64,000 nt of DNA from Eledone cirrhosa (lineage: Eukaryota). Position 1 is the first letter of the stretch; every line of letters begins with the position of its first letter. Shown piece by piece: positions 54,379-64,000 of the stretch. The stretch lies in the NCBI GenBank assembly GCA_964016885.1, contig OZ024743.1:214892001-214956000 (forward strand), given 5' to 3'. The translations under genes were made by a program, and so were the position numbers. Below the pieces are notes generated by a model, which did no database searches, was not told where the DNA came from, and worked only from the letters and a program-made list of their open reading frames with translations.

Positions 54379-55260
54379 CATATATATATACCTGTATATA
54401 GTTGAAAGCTGAGAGAAAGGTTTACCTAATACCGGAGTAAAGTTTATTATTTATAGGGAGGACTACATGCAAATGCCGGCTCGTACAACAGAAAATAAAT
54501 ATTTCTGTGATTTTGTATATGTTGATTACAGATCCTGTAAATATTGCACAGTTTATAGAAGCTAACTGCTTATAAAGATATCTGAAATGTGCGTCAGAGT
54601 GTGTTGTTTCGGTTCCTGTCTTTGAAACATTATTCAATTGATCTTTTCCTGTTTTGGAAGTGTTTTACTGACATGACAAACCAGACAGAAATAGAAAATT
54701 ATTTTTGGATCTTTTAATAAATATAATCTGACTAATTCGGAAGCCAACTGAAGAAAACAAAACAGGAAAGTAGGACATTTTTAAATACTCAAATCGTACC
54801 TTACATAAATTTTATCATATTTTAATATCTAATAAATGGACACCTATTACAATGAACTGTGATCATCGTGCTATCAACGTAAGAATTATCTCTAAAGGGT
54901 AACACAACTAACAAGACAAAGACATTTCCTTTGACTGGTTTGCACTAAATAAAAATTAGAACATAAGGGGGAATTAGACATTTGGAATTAGTAATAAATA
55001 AGATGCTCGTCAAGACCAATTTCGAGTCCGCTCTACCAATACAATGTATGAAAATATTGAAGCACAGAAAAAAATCTTCAGAACAGGACATTTCTTTGTC
55101 AGCATGCAAATAAGAAGCTTCCATGAAAAACCAAGAATAAAAAGTGCCTATTCTAAGTACATGCTTCAACTGACTGAAAGATTGTGGATGATGCTTATAT
55201 GAAGGAAATAAGAAAGCTACATTAGGGAGAAGATAGGACTACTGCACGATGCCTACTTAA
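53560..55260 (-). pseudogene. Decayed LRR/LRRNT segments
   Basis: HPQSFSQLKHVLR (about 55152-55190), AIFTGS..CTSRHLHVVLP, DISYNTLHS. Confidence 0.5.
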
Positions 55261-55659
55261 ATCAATATTTCAGGCTTACGTGGATTGAAAATAAAACCAA
55301 TGATTATAAGTAGCAGGTACAATCCTCACTTAGAAACATTAAGGACACCTGGTGTGCATCTAAACAGCATATCTATAAAAGATTACTGATAAAAATAACT
55401 CTTTTATAATGGTTTGAAGGATGTGATTGGATCAGTAGAGGGCAAGTGAACTCCTATTGTATCCTTTGATAGTTTAACTCTTTTCAGAAACAGAGCAGAT
55501 ATATTATTTTATTGACAGGAACATTTTGAAAATATAAAAACTGCATGTAAAAAAGATGATGTAATACACATACACCAATACACACACACACAAACACACG
55601 CACACGCACACACACACATATACACACACACACACACAAACACACACATATATATATAA

Positions 55660-55930
55660 TATAGAAATGGCTTCTACAGGACTTGAATAGTTTCATGTGA
55701 AGGAAATTATCAGGAAAGACCCATATATATATTTATGTTTATCCCGGGTTCAATCGGGGGAACAACAGTAACAATGGTACTCAATACATAACATAGAATA
55801 AATATGTAATATAGAAACGCCTTCTACAGGACCAGCAATGTTTCATTCGAAAAAAATCATCAGAGGCCCGGGCTTCCTGATGATTTCTCCCGAATGAAAC
55901 AGTTCTAGTCCTGTAGAAGCCACTTCTATA
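55660..55930. mobile_element. Cluster of three hammerhead-bearing pLTR fragments (family E), two arranged divergently
   Basis: Copies at 55669-55718 (-), 55819-55868 (-) and 55871-55921 (+); downstream sequence matches 6920-7018. Confidence 0.8.
55871..55921 (+). ncRNA. Type I hammerhead ribozyme, canonical
   Basis: GGCUUC-CUGAUGA-UUUCUCCCGAAU-GAAA-CAG-uucuaguc-CUGU-A-GAAGCC; predicted cleavage after A55915. Confidence 0.9.
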
Positions 55931-55932
55931 CG

Positions 55933-56032
<100 letters not shown>

Positions 56033-56342
56033 CACCACAGAAACACACACACATACACACACACACACATATATACATATATATTTAGGTTACGAGTCGG
56101 GATGACCAGAGTAAACAATGTATAGAAGATAAGTTGAGTGTGAAGGCTGAAGGTTATATATAAAATGATTATATAGGATTAGTACTCTTTCATAGAAATG
56201 AAATTGTATTCGTTTGGTAGAAGTCATATATATATATATATATGCAGTGTGACTCCCAATAATTTATATACACCTCCACAGCATTCTAATGAATATTGTC
56301 TGCATACTTAATCAAATTGGATATACGTTTTGGGGGTACACC

Positions 56343-56394
<52 letters not shown>

Positions 56395-56408
56395 AGAGAG
56401 AGAGAGAA

Positions 56409-59093
56409 ATAGGTAGAACATTGGAAGTTAATATCCTTAGTGGTAGAGCACTCAGTCCATGGGACGAGATTTGTAGAGGTAGTAACACAACGGTAAGTTC
56501 ACCATACCGCGTACAATTGTTTCACCTTATGCGGAATATCAGCTAGGACTGGTAATGGTTATACAGAACAGGAAGAACAACCGTATGAACGCGCATGCAC
56601 AGAAACGGTCACTTCACCCAAGCGATACAAAACCACGGGCGAAATGTGTTAGGGAGATAACTGCGAATGTCCGGAATAGATTGTTCGAGTTGATTTGAAA
56701 ATTAGAATGTTGTTGTTATTCAATACAGAGCTTTGTAGTTATGCAAGATGTGTTTCTAGACATGTGGACAACGTGAGAAGATTTCATTCCTTGAATTTAG
56801 TCAATCGCATTTGCGTAATTTCCTTAGAATATTTATCCTTTCTTCAATACACAGTCCACAAGACGGATTACGCCTTGCGTATGGCTTGGACTTAGTGATA
56901 GCTGTCCATTGAATGGAGTAGTCTATACCTGAGTCTTTGATAGACCATACGTGGCTCGCGAGCTTCGTGGATCACCGTTTGTCCGAATACCTAAAGGTAG
57001 ACTAATGGTTCAGGAAGCGTTCCTTAAATCTGCCCTCCGCCATACCCACATAGGATTTGACCTACTGTGGCTGATTTGTTCGGTTGGGTGTGACCACAAC
57101 TTCATAAACTACAGCGGGTGTGTTTTATTACTGTTGAATGGGACACGCTTAAGGCTTTCGGCAAGAGCATCCTGGTGTGGTGTTGCTCTTAGGACTGTTG
57201 GTGATGTGAGCTTTCATATTCTTAGCGCAGGAGTACCCTAGTTTAATTCTGTGTCTTTTAAAGATGGAGCAGCATTTGTGACAGTGTCTGTCTAAGAGGG
57301 AAAGTGTCTATCTAAGAGAGCTAAAAGACCTTTTTTTCTACATTAGTTTTAACGTTGAATGAGAAGGAAGGAGAGAATCAGCTAGTTTGTCTATTGTTAC
57401 GATTTCTTTTCTTATTGCTGTTGTTGTTAGTGGGGGAGTAAGTAATTGGTTCCGAGAAGCCGCTATTATCTAACACCGTGTTGTAGTAGGGGGCCGCTCT
57501 GTCAAAGATAGCTTTATTAGAGGAGAAGTTAGAGATTCTAGTACTGATATTATTTACGAAGTTTCTAAAAACAGTAGCAGGATGGCATTAGTCCTTGTGT
57601 ATGTAATTAAGTTTTTCGTTTGGTTTATGGAAGGGTCTGAAGCTATGTGTGCGAATGTCTAATTTAATGTCTAAGAAATCTACCCTAGAGAAGTTGGTAG
57701 CTACCGTTATCTGAAGTCCTAACTCATTAAACGTAGAAATCAAATATTTTTTAAACCCGTCCAGCTCGTGACCACTTTTATGGCTCGATAAGGTCAGACC
57801 ATCGTTGCGGTATATTCCCCTGTGGAAGTCTGGGAATCTAACACGTAATATATCTAAAATAAATAAGCCAACCAAGCCGCATACATCAGCACTCTCGGAC
57901 GATCCCGTTGAGACGTCGAATAGCTCTGAAGTGGTGGACTTCTGTGCCAAGGCTACTCCGTTGTTAAAGAGGGTTTTCCGGCAGTGCACGATGATCTCCT
58001 TGTCAAAATCCAAAGCTTTGTTTAACAGGGTCTCTGAGATCGACACCTAAAAATCTACAATATCGAATTGCGGGAACTTCGCTTTCTTGGAGTTGAACGA
58101 CTTAAACCACTTGATGACGGAGTCGCTGTTCTTCCACTGGGACAGGTTTGACTTAGTCCTAATGGTCTTAACTATGTTCCGAAGTTTAGGATTACTGACT
58201 AGTCCCATTTCCGTGCATACCGGGTTTAGTAATCTACACGTCGGATTAGAAGCAAAGTCTACCCTGTGATTTCTCAGGGTGGGAAACGCCTCACGTTTAG
58301 CTTAGCATTGTAGTTTCTTATCTACCTTAAGGGCGGCAGCAATGTTCTTGGTTTCTGTATTGTTGTCATGGTAGGCCGTAGGGTGAGCCTTCTTAAATGT
58401 AGATGTTATGGAGTTACGTGCCAAGTGGCTATAATAGTGTTGTCGACTTCGTAAATATTATTGGTTTTGTCCGAAAGAACGAAAGTGTTATTGGAAGACC
58501 TAACATTCTTTATATCATTTCTAAGGTTAGTTTGGAAGCTGTTAGAGTGTTTGCGAAAGGAAATGTTAGCGACTAAGTCATGAAGGTCCGCTTCGAAAGG
58601 AGCGAGTTCAATTCCCTTAGGAGGGTAGGCTCTCTATTCCACGTTGAAAGTGTTACTGGTGCCTGTAATTATTTGCCGTCAAAAGCTAGGGCTCGCCATC
58701 TTAAGCGTCTGACGACATCTTCCGCTTTTTGTAGAAGAAAATATTCTAGGGAGGTTACGTAATTGCGATTGCCTAAATTGAAGATATTAAATATTCTCAC
58801 GTTGTCCACACGTCTGGAAACACCTCTTGCATAACTACAAAGCTCCGGTTTGAATAACAACAACATTTTAATTTTCTAATCAACTCGAACATTTTATTCC
58901 GGACATTCGGAGTTATCTCCCTGACACCTTTCGCCCGTTGTTTTCTATTGCTTGGGTGAAGTGACCTTTTCTGCGCATGCGCGTTCATAGGGTTGTTCTT
59001 CCTATTCCGTATAACCATTAACAGTCCTAGCTGATATTCTGCATAAGGTGAAACAATTGTACTCGGTATGGTGAACTAACTGTTTTGTTATTA

Positions 59094-59097
<4 letters not shown>
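56409..59097 (-). mobile_element. PLE family B copy, 5'-truncated with inverted pLTR
   Basis: RT pieces (LLQKAEDVVRRLRWRA, GIYRNDGL); about 58750-59095 is an inverted copy of about 56485-56830; both arms carry an HHR with a CUGAUAU core (56502-56558 -, 59015-59071 +). Confidence 0.95.
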
Positions 59098-59130
<33 letters not shown>

Positions 59131-60773
59131 GTGTGTGTGTGCATGTTAAAGAGCGGAGAGAGAAAAACTGGAGAGAGACAGTGATTAAATGAAATTATAC
59201 AATTACACATGCAAAATGGATAAAGAATATTACAAATCAGCGTGTTGTATTGTATCTGACCTTATGGTTAACTGTTTTTAGAATTCAACAGTAGAGAAAT
59301 GATTAGTTATTTCCACAAAGGATCATTTGGCCTAATTACGTTCCTTTAGGAACAATAGTCATAATTAGTTGTTTCAGCAGGTCTTGCCTGGGAAATCATG
59401 TTTTCCAAGTTGTATGCACTGTTTTATAAGAGGCTTTTGAAGACGTATTAAATAAACCATTTAATCCAATGTGATCTATGAATAATGTTGCGTGATGTGT
59501 TTTTGAATTTATTGTAATATAAGGACAAAGAATATAATTATTGTTTGCACGGTGAAAGACTTCGCTCTTACTTTGAAACTATTATATTGCTAGGTAACAA
59601 AAGCTTTAATTTTCTTTCATTTTCTTCTTACTTCAAAACAGAAAAGAAAAAACGCCATTACGACACTCTTCCGCCCCATATGTCTCTACAAAATAGAAAA
59701 GAATCGTTAAGAAAGGATGAATTAGGAGTTCTCATAATTCCACAATATCAATTTTTTTTTTTCCTTTAATGATTAAAATCCTCTACTCTTTGAAAAAACT
59801 CCATAATGAACACAGATATTTTTATTTATTTTTCTATGTTCCATTTCTGTAGTGTTATTTATAATTACTTTTAAAAAGAGTGTTTTCTCCCATATTATTT
59901 CAATAGCATCTTTACAGAATTTGTCAGAACATATTTGAGTTTCTCCAGTGATATTAATGTTTCCCGGCTACAGGTATTCACAAAGCTTACAGAGAATTTT
60001 CTCGATGTGATTTAGTACCCATGTGCCAATTTCTTCCATAGATTTATGACATTTATATCCCTGGTTGCCGTATTTGTCTTCTTCAACAGCTACGTCACAG
60101 CTTGTGCAATGTATTATTACCCAATTAATTATTATTATTGTTATTTTCAATTTATCTTTACAAGTATTCTCGTTTCTCTCAGTTTGCATGAATGAATTAG
60201 AAATATATTTTTCTTGTTTTATAAGTGTATTTGAACACATCTGAATTTCATAGCTTTTCAGATATTTGTTTTTGTTTGATGTGATCTCAGTAAAATATTT
60301 GCCTTATTTTTTTATGTACGTCTCTGAAAGCTTATACAGACATTCGAAAGCCCAATACATTTATTCACAATTTTCTTCTACATTTAATTCATTTTCTTTT
60401 GAATTTAGCAATTTCTTCTTCAATTTTTATTAATTTGCTCTGTGTTATGCATCAACAGACGAAATGTTGATATTTTTCTGATGTAGTTGAATAGAAATGA
60501 GATAATTTACACCTGACCTTCCTATGGTTAGGCGTATCGAACATTCGCCTATAATTATCAGATCGGTGAGTTTGTTGATCATAATACTCCTACGAAAAAG
60601 GGTTAATTAGGTTATCAAAAATAGATGTATGACAAGCATCAAATTTGTGAGAAAATCAGTGCATAGTGCGTCGAAATCATTTGACACGATGCTCTACCGC
60701 ATCTGGAAAATTTAATGTTGTTTCAAATTTGTAGTGAATGTAGTATAACATTTTGAATTACGTAAGTTTATAA

Positions 60774-64000
<3,227 letters not shown>

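Overview
AT-rich, microsatellite-dense eukaryotic DNA. The SINE and mariner families look cephalopod (Octopus-like; recognised by eye, not searched). No intact host gene is visible. The window has three layers. (1) Many Penelope-like retroelements (PLEs; RT plus GIY-YIG, mostly Naiad-like) and short non-coding repeat units, mostly sitting in (TA)n tracts. By-eye folding finds about 15 type I hammerhead ribozyme (HHR) motifs from roughly 8 unrelated sequence families. Several are canonical; others have variant cores (C3U, U4A, A9U), non-Watson-Crick stem II closing pairs or large stem II insertions. Some lie in 434, 545 and 612 bp ORF-less repeat units resembling retrozymes. (2) Other transposons: a young R4/Dong-like LINE in a (TAA)n tract, a CRE-like RLE LINE fused to a PLE, mariner, Tx1-like, Tigger-like and Helentron-like fragments, and SINEs. 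(3) The remaining 'unique' spacer DNA repeatedly gives decayed leucine-rich-repeat and TIR-like peptides, always on the minus strand, suggesting a fossil tandem cluster of Toll-like receptor pseudogenes fragmented by insertions. All structures were derived by eye; element boundaries are approximate.
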